This document shows, one piece after another, positions 38,731-52,390 of a stretch of 64,000 nt of DNA. Within the stretch, counting starts at the first letter, position 1. Each line of letters starts with the position of its first letter. Made by a program: the position numbers and the translations under genes. Below the pieces are notes generated by a model. The model did not search any database, was not told where the DNA came from, and saw nothing but the letters and a program-made list of their open reading frames with translations. Source of the DNA: Leucoraja ocellata (taxonomy: Eukaryota); assembly GCA_036785375.1 (NCBI GenBank), contig JAWMAR010000219.1:930001-994000 (forward strand). The letters are read 5' to 3'.

Positions 38731-39119
38731 TGGCTCTATTTTTAGAAACCATGACATGCTGATAGGTGACAAAAACTTATTGTTATTGAGGGTCATGTCA
38801 CATGGGTACACATGGGTGCATGAAAATAACTACATCACAATTATTTAATACATGGAGCGGATTGACATGCTTAATGAGATGGCTCATATACTGTCTGGAC
38901 ATCAGTTTCAGTTGAAGAGACCATTGAACCATTGAACCATGAAAGATGAATACAAATGTTATTTCTTTTTTGGGGGGGAATTTGGCTATGGAAGCAATTG
39001 ATCTCCGTATTCCTCTGTCTGTCTCACTATTTCTTTATTCCCCTGTCTCTCCCACTCTCTCTCTCTCTTGCTTACTGGATGAATTTATTGGACATAGCAA
39101 AGAAACACTGTCTGATTGG

Positions 39120-39900
39120 GACTATAAATTGGCATGGAAATGAAGGTTGACTAACTAATAAAATATAGACGGGATAAATGGGTGATTTTTGGATTAGCAA
39201 TCAGGAAATAGTCAGTTCCCAGGTCGATCAATGCTGGGACTTCAACTATTTATACTTTGTTAATAATTTGGATAAAGGTGTACTGTGGCAGAATTTACTG
39301 ATGCTATATAGGTAGGTGGGTCAGTGCAATTTTCAGTGAAATATAAATAGGCTGCAAGTGGATATGGACAGGGTAAGTGTATGAGCAAGTCAGTGCCTGA
39401 AATACCTGTATAATATGAGAGTCTGATACTATCCACTTGGAAGGAAAAATTAAAAAGCAAATGATATTTAAATGTAGTGAGACTACAAAAGGGCAATGGG
39501 GTTCTGGGGTTGTTGGTGCATGAAATACCACATGTTGGCATGCAGGTATAACAAGTAACTGAGAAAGGCAGGCTAATTAAATTATGGCATTTATTGGTGA
39601 GGGTGGGGGTGGGGGGTGGGGGTGGGGGTGGAGAGAGTACGGAGAATAGGAATGTGGAAGCATTGATGCCAGTTTATTGGATGCTGAGTCACACCTGCAG
39701 TATTGTACATACAATATGGTCTCCATGTTTAGGGAAGGATATAGTTGCATTGGAGACAGTATGGATTTGTTTACAGGGTAAAGAGGTGGAGGTATGGAGA
39801 AAGGTTGATGTGGTTGGGGTCATTTGCAGTTAGAAGACTGTGAGCCAATTTTATTTAAATATACTCAAAATACTTAAGGATAGATGCTGAAAAAGATACA
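39120..39900 (+). mobile_element. Ancient CR1 RT fragment
   Basis: Degenerate VP.GSMLGLQLF..INNLDKG..FTDA. Confidence 0.6.
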
Positions 39901-41294
39901 ACTTCCACTGGGGTTACTCTTTAATTGCATAGGTGTTATAGTCCTTCAGTAAAATAAGTAATTCATTGTTAATTTTGGTGAATTGCAAATCAGTGCGACC
40001 TTTCAACTGTTTTCATTCTGCCCAGCATATAAACTTAATATCATCACCCTTACAACAGTGACAATTGACAGAGATTGGAGATAGAGAGCTTTCTGCAGAA
40101 TGCCTTGGCCACACCATTTCTCTCGTCAGTCCTTCTCTGTTATGCTCTGCGGATTGCCTCACTACAAAGACATATATAAATGTAATTGAAATATTCATAA
40201 TTCAAATAATATCCAAAGGGAGGTGGGTACTCATAACCTTTTGACAAATCAACATTGAAAATTCTACCTTCACTCTCTACGTAATAAACATCACTTCAAT
40301 CCAAAAAACAGAGCTACGATAAAATCCATACAAATAATCCCATTATACCTTCCCTAGGCCAATCCTTCCTTTCTCTCTATCATCTTGACAATATAGAACT
40401 GATGGAGGCAAATTGAAGGTTAATGTAAAATAATTTTAATTCTTTCTTGCCAAATTGGGTGATTACATCTGAAATATAGCAGAGCTCAAACTAGTCAACA
40501 TTGTCACTCATGGCTTGATTCAATAGTCCTGCTTAAAATTATCATTGTTTTCTAAACCAACAAGGTAGGGTAAGCCAAGGGTAACTCAGCATCTGACATT
40601 GATTTTTATTCTATCGTCTGCGGATCTGGTTTTCAGTTGCAAATTTACTAATATTTCTACATCTTGGATAACCATGGCAACAAACCTCTCCTTTAGCATT
40701 TTACAATAATGAATAGGTTATTATTGTAATCCGCTGAATCCTGGGTATTTAAATCCCGCGACTAGAATATTATATTAGCAATCTGCTTGAATTTCAAAAA
40801 GGTGGTGTGCATATTATTTTCTTGCTTTAATATCATATTTTATTCACTGACTACTGGTTTGAACATATTTTTTTATTTCACTGATCTGTAAGAGTTAAGA
40901 GATTCTAAAGCTTAATAGATTTTGTTCAAGGATCAAAAATCCAATGAAAGAGATAAATGTTTGCTAATGCAAAAGACATTGCAGATTAATGGGAGGAAAG
41001 CAGAAAGACTGAGTCAACATTAGGAAATGAAAGACACAGAAAACACATTTAATCACTACTGGGGCATTAAAGTGAGATTGCATAGGTTGCATTGAATGGG
41101 AGATTAATACATATCATATTAATAAGAAAGTGTTTCAATAACAAGGAATGGTCTTTCATGAAATGTGTTATTAATCTTATTATCCTTAAAATTGGGATAC
41201 ATAAAGCTATTGATAAAACATTATTGTCAAAAAAGAATTTTACAAATATATTAAAATGCACATTAGAGAAAATTATAGTGTGGCTCCTTAGTGT

Positions 41295-41600
41295 CAAACA
41301 CAATGTGATGGAGTAACTCAGTGGGTCAGGCAGCATCTGTGGAGGGAATGCATAGGTGATGTTGCAGGTCAGGGCCCTTCTCTCCCAACCTAAAACATTG
41401 CGTATCCATCCCCTCCACAGATGCTGCCTGACTTGTTAAGTTACTCCATCACTTTCAGTTCATAAATTATAGTAGTCGAATTAGGCTGTTCGGCCCATTG
41501 AGTCTACTCTGCCATTCAATCACAGCTGATCAATCTTTCCCTCTCAACCCCATTTCCCTGCCTCCACATAACCCCTGACACCCATACTAACCAAGAACCT
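41295..41600. mobile_element. Fold-back Penelope-derived repeat followed by a CR1 tail (minus)
   Basis: Arms GTGATGGAGTAAC.. and ..GTTACTCCATCAC. Confidence 0.7.
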
Positions 41601-41799
41601 TGATTTTGTGTAGTTTATTTTATCTTGTGATTTCAAACTTTATGTTTTGCTCCAAATTCCTGCATCGGCACATAATTGTGGTTCCTTCGCATTAGATACA
41701 GGGAACTGCAGATGTTGGAATCTTGAGCAAAAGGCGCAAAGTGCTGGAGTAATTCAGCAGGCCAGACAGCATCTCAGGAGGACATGGATGGGCTTCTCA

Positions 41800-42424
41800 T
41801 GGGCCTGTCCCACTTAGGTGACTTTTTAGGCGACTGCTGGAGACTATGCAGTCGCCACATGTTCGCGTTTGGTTGCCAGGGAGTCGCCTTCATGGTCGTG
41901 AGGAGTTCACACATTCTGGGAACTAGTCGCGGCCTCATTATGGTCGCTGATAATTTTTCAACATGTTGAAAAATTAGCGGCGACTAGAATTAAGCCGCCA
42001 TGGAAAGTAGCGAGAATTCCTGAGCTGTAGGTGGGTCGCAAGGCGGTCCTAGTGGGTTGCCAGGAGGTTGAAGGTTCTCTAGGTTCTCGTGGGTTGTAGC
42101 CGGTGCTGACCGGTGAATTCCATTGGCTCATTGGGGAAAAAAAACGTAAGCAGTAGTTTTCTGAACCAAGGATAACCGACCGGTAATGTTAAATGTCCGC
42201 CGAGTTTCACAGCCGTGTATCTCTGGCTTATTAAAAGTTGTCTCCACTCCTTCTCCCCCCTTCTCCCCCTCTTTTAAAGGACTTACTGTACACTGTGCTA
42301 GCCGTCTTATTTACAGCGTCAACCTTGATGTTCATCGCGGTGTGTGTCTGTATCACCTTGGCTTTGGAATTTCTTTGCAGTCGCCGGCAATCCGCTGAAA
42401 AATCGCCTAAGTAGGACAGACCCA
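41800..42424. mobile_element. PIF/Harbinger-type MITE
   Basis: TIRs TGGGCCTGTCCCACTTAGG and CCTAAGTAGGACAGACCCA, extended by GGCGACTG/CAGTCGCC; flanks TCA and TTA. Confidence 0.8.
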
Positions 42425-43860
42425 TTAGTGTTTTTGCTTCCAAAGTGTGTTACATCTTATTTATGCAGAGAATGGTTATGATCTAAAAGACGTGGTTTCC
42501 AGTGGCGTGGAAAGAGGACTTGAATAGAGAAACTAATAAACACGATCGAAAATCATCCATAGGCTTACGTGGAAACCATAGGAGAATGCGACTAAAAAGA
42601 AAGAGAATGGCCAATTAGCCCCCTTCTTTTGCTGCGAGAATTGAAGGGATGTGTGGCAAGAGCGATATAGATTGAGAGAAAATAAATGAGAGAAGGACAG
42701 AGAGTAATAACAGAGAGCCAAAGACAGAGAACATGTGGGGAAAAGAAGCCAGTTCAGAAGAGATTTCTAGTTAAAGGTAAAAAAAAAAGCCACAATATTC
42801 CATGCCAGAAACAGAACCTTTACTCTGAGAAGAAAATGTTTACTCCAAAGCTGATTACCTCACATGAACACAAGTGAAGTGAGCAGAAATTGGAGACATT
42901 AAGATGGCAGTTTTCAAGAAATACATTTCTGCTCAATGATTGCAGTCTGTTTAAACAGTTTACAAGATAATCCATCCAGTAAGCAGCTGGCCCTGACAGT
43001 TAGTGTGTTCATTCTGCTGGATAACAAACGTAGTCTGATTGCAGCTCAAGCAGCCATACCAAATGCAAGGAGGCATTGTTCCATTTCAGATTAAATGGGC
43101 AGCTGTGGACGGCAAAGAATGTAATTGCCTTGGCCACGCAACATCTTCACCTGTTATTTCAAGTATGCTAAATCATAGCAGAAATTATTAACAGCCACCG
43201 TTTCATAATTGAGGCGATGCACCGTTAGTGTAACACAGATGAATAGATGTGTTGGACTTGACTTTAAATACGACTGACATCCAATGAATATTTTCGAGCA
43301 ATTGCACTGTGGGGAGCTTGTCGGTGATTGCGTTGCAGCCACACAATTGCCAAGTGCAGAAGGGGGGAAACATAGTCTTCTACCACTGCTAGCACTCATA
43401 ATCTTAACAATGATTGGAGCATTTGACAGCTAAATCATTTTTCAATTAGGTCTATAAACGATGTCAGCATGTGCTGATGAGCTTTGCATGAAATATTTCA
43501 GTACCAGAATGGTCAGGGAATTTGTGTACTGTTCATATTGGAAGAGATATTAAATTTTAATACACATCATTCAGTTGATACAGTAAATCACTGAACCAAA
43601 TGGCATTTCAGGCTCATGATCCAATCTTGATCCATACCATGGATAGACACAAAGTGCTGGTATATGTCAGCATCTGCAGTTCTTTGTTTCCACCTTGACC
43701 CATACCATGTCACATAGGTAGCTATGTCAGGTAGGTAGGATCCACATTATTATTAATGACCCCTTCCTCCAGCTGATGGTACAATGGGTGATAATTTGAC
43801 GGTGAACAAAGTGGGTCTTGCCTGTGATGTGTCCCATGACTGAATAACCTGCCAATAATT

Positions 43861-44170
43861 GGGTGGCACGGTGACGCAGCGGTAGAGTTGCTGACTTACA
43901 GCGCCAGGGACCCTGGTTTGATCCTGACTACGGGTGCTGTCTGTACGGAGTTTGTCCGTTCTAACCATGACCGCGAGGATTTTCTCCAGGAGCTCCGGTT
44001 TCCTCCCACATTCCAAAGATGTCCAGGTTTGTAGATTAACTAGCTTTGGCAAAATTGTAAATTGTCCCTTGAGTGTGGGATAGTGCTAGTGTGCGGGGAT
44101 TGCTGGTCAGCACTGACTTGATTGGCCGAAGAGCCTGTTTCCACACTGTATCTCTAAACTAAGCTAAACT
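43861..44170 (+). mobile_element. HE1-like V-SINE
   Basis: GGGTGGCACGGTGACGCAGCGG (A box), GGTTTGATCC (B box), V-domain GGAGCTCCGGTTTCCTCCCAC, CTAAACTAA tail. Confidence 0.88.
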
Positions 44171-45013
44171 TACAATCAAGATGTCCATAAATAATAGCGC
44201 CAAGGTACAGGGAAAACATTGCAGAGAAAGGAGAAAACATAAGATAAATCTTCCAAAAAGCTAATGGTATTAATATGAATGATAGTGTTTCCTTCTTTTC
44301 CATGTCTCATCAGATTGGGCTAATTTTGATCAAACTTGACAAGTGAGACTTCCTTGGAATCAGTTAATTTTAATAATGAGTAAAATCAAGCAGGATGTAA
44401 TACCAGCGTTCCACCTAGTACCATATTTTTCTTAACTGGTGAGCTAGAATAACAAGTCTGCTCAATTATTTATTTCTTATTTATATTCCCATTGTTTTTT
44501 GTTTCTCACTGAAAGCATTCTTGCTCCATTCCTGATGTCAGAAGTTCATTTCTGGTCAGATTTCCAGAGGCATCGTGCTCTCCCCTGCCCAATATGCCTT
44601 GTTGCATCCTTTGAAATGATATTAAACCACTGGAGAGCCACAAATGGAACAAAAAGAAAAGTTTGCCCTTCTGGTGTGCTGTTTCTGACCTCCAGTATGT
44701 TCCAAAGAATTTCAACACTAGTTATGCACTTCAGAAAAGTGTGGTCATTATTGCAATGTGGAACACTTGATTAGTTCCATCTTATGTTTCATGAATACAT
44801 TTCATATGTGAAATGTTATGTCATGATCTTTTAAAAAAAAATCATCTTCCAAACAGGATTGTTGCTGCAAATAGGCTCTTGTTGCCTTGGCTGAGATCAA
44901 TAAATTTACTTAATACTAGGCTTCTAGTTTATATGTATTTATGATATTTGATATGCAATGCATTTTTAATGTCATGTTGCCCCTTGTCTGGACCTTGAGT
45001 CCGTAATACAGTT

Positions 45014-45028
45014 TATTATTATTATTAC

Positions 45029-45063
<35 letters not shown>
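45014..45063. repeat. (TTA)n microsatellite
   Basis: About 16 units. Confidence 0.95.
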
Positions 45064-45065
<2 letters not shown>

Positions 45066-46759
45066 GTCAAATCTAGGCATCGCATATGGTTCTACTACCT
45101 GCTGGATAAACATGCTGGGCCACTGGATAAAAACAGTCAGCACATATGTTTTATAATTTTGCAATTACATTGCACAAAGTGATGGGAGCAAAGAGGGAAC
45201 CAATCATTATATTGTCCACTGTATAGTTTATTGTAATAGAACATGTTTCCTATTCAGTTATTGAAAGCAATTTGTTTCATGCTCCTCTCTCTGGGATGTA
45301 GTTTTATATTCAGTTTTGAAGTAGCACTGCAATTCAATATATAAAGATGGAGTACCTATCTCTGAACACAAATATTCTTACTGTTAAAGGTTGCTTGAAA
45401 AGAACAACAACCAGGACTATTTATTAAAGTGTTGCCACTTGCCTGTCTGCTCAAGTGGTGTCAAATCATCTAAAAATTATCATCTTTAATCAGTGCAGGA
45501 TTTAGTCCTCAATCCTCTTTTCTGCCTCCATTGAAAAAATAATAATTTAGGGACAGGACCTAATCAGAGGAGTGGAAAATATATTAAAATATTTATTGAG
45601 TTGTAAAATTTCAAAACAACATGTGGCCATTAGTAAGATTATCTTTATTATCAATCGTTACTCTGGCAAGTTATATCACAACTTGATTTCATCATTAATT
45701 TAATAAAGCTATGTTGTTTCAGACTGTAATTGTCATGGGCTGTAAAATTGACAGATTGTACTGGAATAATCTCATTAGAAGCTTCCCCCATGGATGAATG
45801 AAAGGTTTTATTTGGATGTTTTGCTGGTATTATTTATTAATCTATAAATGAGCATTGAAAGAGACTCGGATTTTCATTGTCAATGGTAAGACTCCTTCTG
45901 CTCGCTAATTAGATTTATTTTTAATAGTTTATCTGAGTGCTGAGAAAGATTTCTGCTTGATTTTCAATTTATTTCAAGTTTAGATTTGATGAGTTGATCA
46001 GAGACCTGTTATATCTCTGACCCAGTATCTTTCCTCGAAAGCTTTTTTTGTGATGCTTAGACCTGGCTGATCTTATGCCCTGTTTGCTGTTGCCTTTGTT
46101 GTCCTGCAGAGTGATATATATTACAGGAACTTTTTTTTTTTTGCAGGCTGAATTGAATGTGCACTTTGTTTTACTTTGATATGTGTGTATTTAATAAGTA
46201 ATCAGTCCTAAAGGAGTAATACAAAGAGATAGACACTTCAGAAGGGTCGCGACCTGAAACGCCACCCATTCCTTCTCTCCAGAGATGCTGCCTGTCCCGC
46301 TGAGTTACTCCAGCTTTTTGTGTCTATCTTCGGTTTAAACCAGCATCTGCAGTTCCTTCCTGTACAGAGTAAAACAAGGATCTGAATCAGGTTGAAATAA
46401 AACTCACAATGAAGAAATATTCTGCTAAATGGTTGGAAACAAATTAGTGTTGATAAATAATCAGAGTTTGAAGTTCAATGGTTTTCCAAGTTTTGGCAGG
46501 ATTCAATGGTGGAAGTGCATGCAGTTTTCAGGATAGTAATCCTAAATTGCATTCTAATTTTAGCCTTGATCTTTGCTTTATGCTGTGAGGCCAGATGGAG
46601 AATCTCAAATCAGTAGCGTGTCTGTCCGAACCTTTGAACTCTGGTGTAGATTTTAACCTTAAGTGATAAAGTTAAATGAGTGAATGCAAATCAGCAGCTC
46701 CTGTTAAATTGCTATTGTGGATTTCAGGGTAAGCAGCTCATTTGGTGAGGCAAGAGATT

Positions 46760-47830
46760 CTATGTACATAAGGGGGAAAAATGTAACTAGAGAGAGAGTG
46801 GGACCCCTCAGGATTCAAAGTAGTCACCGCTGTGTGGAGCCACTTGAGATGGGCAAGATCCTCAATCAGCAGTTCTCATCTGCATTTACTGAGGAAAATG
46901 ACAGGAGGATGGAGTCACTTGGGGCAGTCATTGGAAGTGTCCTGAGAGTGGTCAGTGTTACAATCGAAGAGGTGCTGAAGGTACAATTGGGTATGAAGGT
47001 AGACAAATCTCCAGAGTCTGATCAGATATAGCCGAGGACATTGTGGGGAAACTATAGAAGCCCTGGTTGAAATTTACGAGTCATTTTTAAATACAAGTGA
47101 GATGCGTGAAGACTGGCAGGTGGCAAACGTTTGCTACCCGCCAGTCTTCTTGCATCTCACCTGTATTTAAAAACGACTCGTAAATTTATTCAAGAAGGGT
47201 TGCAGGGAAAATGCTGAGAACTATAGGCCGGTGAGCTTAACGTCTGTAGTTGGAATGTTACTGAAGAGTATTTGGAGGGATAGGATATACAGGCATTTAG
47301 ATGGACAAGGGCTGATTAGGGATAGTCAGCATGGTTTTGTACGTGGGAGGTCATGTCTCACAAATATAATTGAGTTTCTTGAAGACCCGACCAAAACGGT
47401 TGATGACAGCCGAGTTTTAGATGTTGTATATACAGACTCAGCAAATCATTTGACAAAGTTCCTTATAGAGGTGTATAAAATCATGAGAGGAATAGATCGG
47501 GTAGATGCACTGAGTCTCTTGCCCAGAGTAGGTGAATCAAGGACCAGAGGACATAGGTTTAAGGTGACGGGGAAAAGGTTTAATAGGTATCTGAGGGTAA
47601 CTTTTTCACACAAAGGTTAGTTGGTGTATGGGACAAGCTGCCAGAGGAGGTAGTTGAGGCTGGGACTATCCCAACATTTAAGAAACAATTAGACAGGTAC
47701 ATGAATAGGACAGGTTTGGAGGGATATGGTTCATACGTGGGCAGATGGGACTAGTGTAGCTGGGACATGTTGGCCAGTATGGGCAAGTTGGGCCGAAGCA
47801 CCTGTTTCCACACTTTATCACTCTATGACT
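46760..47830 (+). mobile_element. CR1 ORF2 fragment with an internal deletion and a fold-back
   Basis: YIRGKNVTRERVGPL, VDKSP, YRPVSLTSVVG, SQHGFVRGRSCLTN, then a jump to EVYKIMRGIDRV. Confidence 0.85.
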
Positions 47831-48098
47831 CGAAGCGAGGCACCTGCAACGATTGCAGAATGGCACATATATATCAAATAATTTGTACAAGAAATTCATT
47901 GTAGTAGGACTAGATTGAATTCAAGGGAAGAGTACAACGAGGCATACAATCGGTAAAATTAATCAGGAGGACAGTGAAACTAGTCAGAAAACTAGGTTGG
48001 GAGAGGGACAGAGAGAGAGAGAGGGAAAGCAAGGGTTACTTGTGCCTGTACTAGTTGCCTTCCTAATTTCTTGCTGTATCTGAATATTATCTTCTAGA

Positions 48099-49126
48099 AG
48101 AAATATAACAAAATTTTGAGATTTTAAAAATCAAGTCTGCAATTTATCCCATCAGATAAAGCATACAAAGAAGTTTAATGTGACACCTAATTCACTTTCA
48201 TATCTTCAGTATTAAAAAAAGATATGGCCATTTTCATACTGAAATTAGCATCTTGTCCCTATTGCTTTTCCATTGACTTAACTCAAAAGCTGTGATCGAG
48301 GACAGTCAAAAGGCCATAACTTTCTTAAAAATTAAGAGAACTGAATGATATTTTCAGTTATTATAGATTGGAGCATTCTGGAACAAATATGAAACAATCT
48401 TACTTGGATGACCTGAAATTAAAGCATATAATTAGTTAGTTACCTAATTGTAGTTAATTACAAAATTCAATTACTAGATCTAAACATCTATCCATTTTTT
48501 AAGAAAAGGTTTACATTTTTAAATAGGCTAAGTGTCCAAATAACATTCACACAAGAATTCATTTTTAAATCTCATTGTCGTGAATTTATAGGCCAAATTG
48601 AAAGAATTTAATGTTTAATTCCCATAAATTAATGGCTGTTTAAATCATCTTGCGAGTGAGATTTTGTGGAACGCAATCGTTTGGAACATTGCAGTTGTGG
48701 TGAATTTGAGCCCCATATCAGCAGGAAAAACACTGCCAGTTCGTATGGGGCCATAATCACATTTTCGCCAATGAAATTAGGATTAAAGTAATCCTAAGAA
48801 GCAAATTTATTTGTAAAATAGACGACTTACCTTATGTTTTGTCCCCTACGTGAGATCTGTCCTATTGTCGGTGTTGACGGCGTTAGAAGTAGATTTTTAT
48901 TTTACTCCTACGATTAAATTGTCCAGCGATTTAAAAAAAAACTTCAGAGAACGGATGTCGGAGAGATTTTTCTGCAGCAGCTTAGCAGCCTGAGAAAAAT
49001 CGACTCCGACAGGCAAGAGAAAATGGCATTTTAATCCTGCCCCCTCCTCTAAAAGGCGCCAAAGTCGCGCACACGGCCAGTGGCAGAACCGCAGCGCCGC
49101 TGAAGGTGAGTATTGTAACATACCTA
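48099..49126. mobile_element. Probable non-autonomous hAT-type DNA transposon
   Basis: Flanks CTTCTAGA (48091-48098) and CTTCTAGT (49127-49134) as an 8-bp TSD; right end TTGTAACATACCTA; left TIR degenerate; CpG-rich right subterminus. Confidence 0.5.
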
Positions 49127-49149
49127 CTTCTAGTGGTTGGACAATCTTA

Positions 49150-49545
49150 AGTGTTGGAGGTTGAGGGAAGACTCGATGGAATTATATAAAATTATGAGGG
49201 GCATGGATATAGGGTAGACAGTCAGAATCTTTATTTCCCAGGGTGGAAATTTCAAGAATGAGAGCTTATACTTTAAGGTCAAAGGGTGAAGTTTAAAGGT
49301 GATGTGTAGGGCAGGTATTCTGCACAGAGAATGTTGGGTGCCTGGAATGCGCTGTCAGAGATGGTGGTGGAAGCAAATATGATAGTTGCATTTAAGGGCT
49401 TTTTACATAGACGCGTGGATATGACGGATATAGATCTTGGGAAGGCAGATGAGATTAGTTTATCTCAGCATTATGTTTGTCACAGACATTGTGGGCCAAA
49501 GGGCCTGTTCCTGTGTGGTACTGTTTTATATTCTACATTCTACGT
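49150..49545 (+). mobile_element. Old CR1 3' fragment
   Basis: YKIMRGMD..GAWNAL; CR1 tail. Confidence 0.75.
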
Positions 49546-50647
49546 TCAGTGATTCATGTACAAGGACATTTAGGTCCCTCTGAATACCAACATTTCTCAA
49601 TCTTTCATCATTCAAAAAATTCTCCATCTTCCTATTCTTCAACCAAAATAGAACAGCTGCTCACATTTCTCCCTTCCGAGAGGTTGTTCCAACACTGGAC
49701 AAATGTTGGGGCAACAATAATAAGTTGAACCGACAAACATGAATGTATTTTTCTTCCTTCAGGCAGTGTGCATTTGCGGAGAAATCAACTCATCGCACGT
49801 GTGACGTTGCAGAAGCTGGGAATGAGGAGAGAAGGGATGGATAATTCAAAAATCAGCACTTTTCCTGTCAAATGAGTAGACTGGAACAATAAAGAGGCTG
49901 TGGATAAAATGTGTACATTTTACTGGGTATTGCAGCTGTAACATTGGAAGAATCGACCTTAGTAGGGCAAATACAAATGTAAATAAAGCTTGTGCAGAGT
50001 ATAAGCAAGCATGCCATTAATAACTCATTTGTACAAGGCTAGCATTGTTCAGGTCATGGACAAGCTCTGACTGTGTGAGTCTGTGATGCGACCTTGTTTG
50101 CTGCAACTGATTCCGTGCAATAACCTTTCTCAGCAGAGCCAGCGTGAAGAAAACTGTGCAGTACAGCAGAATTTATCAGTCCAGAGGGAGGCTGAGGAAA
50201 TGACTTGTGACTGAGTGGATCTGACCCTGTGCATAATTTATAATCATTAGTTTAAGTGACAGTTGTATGATGTTTGTGTCACTGCTCTGAACCTTGCAGA
50301 TTTCCAGGCAAACGGTCCAATCAGTGGTTGGGTTATGACCTACTCCCATTGAGAAGCATGACTGATAATGTTTGCTTAATACTCTGTCTCAGTGCCTTGC
50401 CGAAGATAAACAGTCATAGCCAAATGGAAAAACGTGAAAGTGACTGAAGGAAAGTGTGAGATTTAGTTAAACCCAGGGTGACAGAGACTGAACATGACCT
50501 CCTTCACTGGGCCAATGAGGCTGTTGAAAAACAATTAGACTGTGCATAAGCAACGAGTGATGACATACTTAAAATAATAACAACATTTGTGGTAGAACTA
50601 CAGTTCATTAAGATGAAGGGGCGATTTCAACCCAATTCATTGGGAGG

Positions 50648-50946
50648 TTTAGTTTAGTTGAGAGATACAGCATGGAAACTGGTCCTTCGGCCTGCCAAGT
50701 CCGTGCCGACCAATGCTCACCCATACATTAGTTCTATCCTAAACACTAGGGACAATTTACAGAGATCAATTAACCTACAAATCTGCACATCTTTGAAATG
50801 TGCGAAGAAACCGGAGCACCCGGAGAAAACCCACCTGCTCACAGGGAGAATGTACAAACTCTATATAGACAGCATCCGTGGTCATGATCGAACCTGGGTC
50901 TCTGGTGCTGTAAGGCAGCAACACTGCTGCAGCACCACTGTGCCAC
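50648..50946 (-). mobile_element. HE1-like V-SINE
   Basis: Reverse match to the family. Confidence 0.85.
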
Positions 50947-51179
50947 ACTATTTAGGTTTGATTAAATGTTTCTCTCATGTTTCAATCATTTCCCCATGCC
51001 CACAACCTGCACATCGAACAGGGCAATGTTTGTAGCCAGGTGCAAGCACCGAGAGTGGATGCCTGGATGGCTGTAATAACAATTTGTGATCATAAGCCCT
51101 GAATAGGGAAGGCACCGCTGCATCCATTCGTTACTAGGCAGTGTGGCCTTGAAATTCATTGGGGCAAGATGGTTTAGCG

Positions 51180-51905
51180 TCATATACGGTAAGGAAACGG
51201 ACCATTCCGCCCAACTCATCCATGCCGACCAAGATGCACTATCTAGGCTAGTCCCACTAGTCCACATTTGGCCATAACCCTCTAAACCTTTCCTATCCGT
51301 GTATCCATCCAATGTCTTTTAAATGTTGTTACAATACCTGTCTCAGTACCTCCTTTGGAAGCTCATTCACATCCCTACCACCCTCTATGTGAAAAGGTTG
51401 CCCCTCAAGTTCCTAGTAAATCTTTCCCCTCACTTTAAACCAATGTTCTCTAGTTCTTGATTCCCCTAAAATCTCTGTGCATTCACCCTATCAATTCTCC
51501 TACTGATTTTTATACAACTCTATAAGATCACCCCTTAGCCTCCTGCGATCCAAAGAATAAAGTCCCAACTTGCCCAATCTTTCCTTATGACTCAGGCCCT
51601 CAGAGCCCTGGCAACATCCTCATAAATCTTCTCTGCACTCTTTCCAGCTAAATTATATCCTTCCTATAGCAGGGTGACTGAAAACAATACTCTAAATGCG
51701 GCCTCAGCAGTGCCTTGTACAACCGTAACATAACGTCTCAATTTAAATACTCGATTAACTGATTGATAAAGGCCAAAAGTTTTCTTTACCACCCTATCTC
51801 CCGTTGAAGCCACTTCCAGGAAAATATGCACCTGTACTCCTAGATCCCTCTACCCTACAAGTGATTCTACTTTCAGGGAACTATGTACTTGTACTCCTAG
51901 ATCCT
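51180..51905 (-). mobile_element. CR1 3' fragment
   Basis: Reverse match from LYKALLRPHLEYC to the tail. Confidence 0.8.
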
Positions 51906-52390
51906 TTGTTTCTCTGGCAAAAAATAAGCTTTGAGCATGGTGGGCATGAATTGCACCAGTTGGAAGTGAGCCCAATCAATTTTGATTGTGTTAAGCCTGA
52001 TTTTATCACTGTGGAAAATTCACATTGTCTAGTGAGACCGTGACCTTGTATGTGGCAGCATAAATAGCTTGGCTCAACTCATGAGTGATCTTAATGACTT
52101 GCTTCCAAACTAGAGGGCAAGGGAGAGCAAAGAGGATGTCATTGCTGTTGCAAGAGTGAGGAGGGGTTATCTCCGGTGCATATTAGGGAGCATTTCTCTG
52201 TGTTATCTTTGCTGAGGGGCAATGTAGGAGTAACATCATTTCACAAAGAGGACAAAAATTGTAGCAGACAAAAATTATGTCATGAATTGAACATCATTTT
52301 TAGGGCATGCGTCCCTGTTGCTTTCAGAACCCTTAACATTAATGTTGATAGTTTATTGTCATATACAGCAGGTAACATCAGCCTAGATAT

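Noticed and set aside
43861-43935. tRNA gene
   Set aside because: tRNA-derived SINE head that continues into the V-domain and LINE-like tail; many decayed copies
44916-45164. Poly-Asn ORF
   Set aside because: Translation of a (TTA)n microsatellite
49745-49880. Strong splice acceptor TTTTTCTTCCTTCAG
   Set aside because: All frames close within about 40 codons and no clear donor; cannot support an exon
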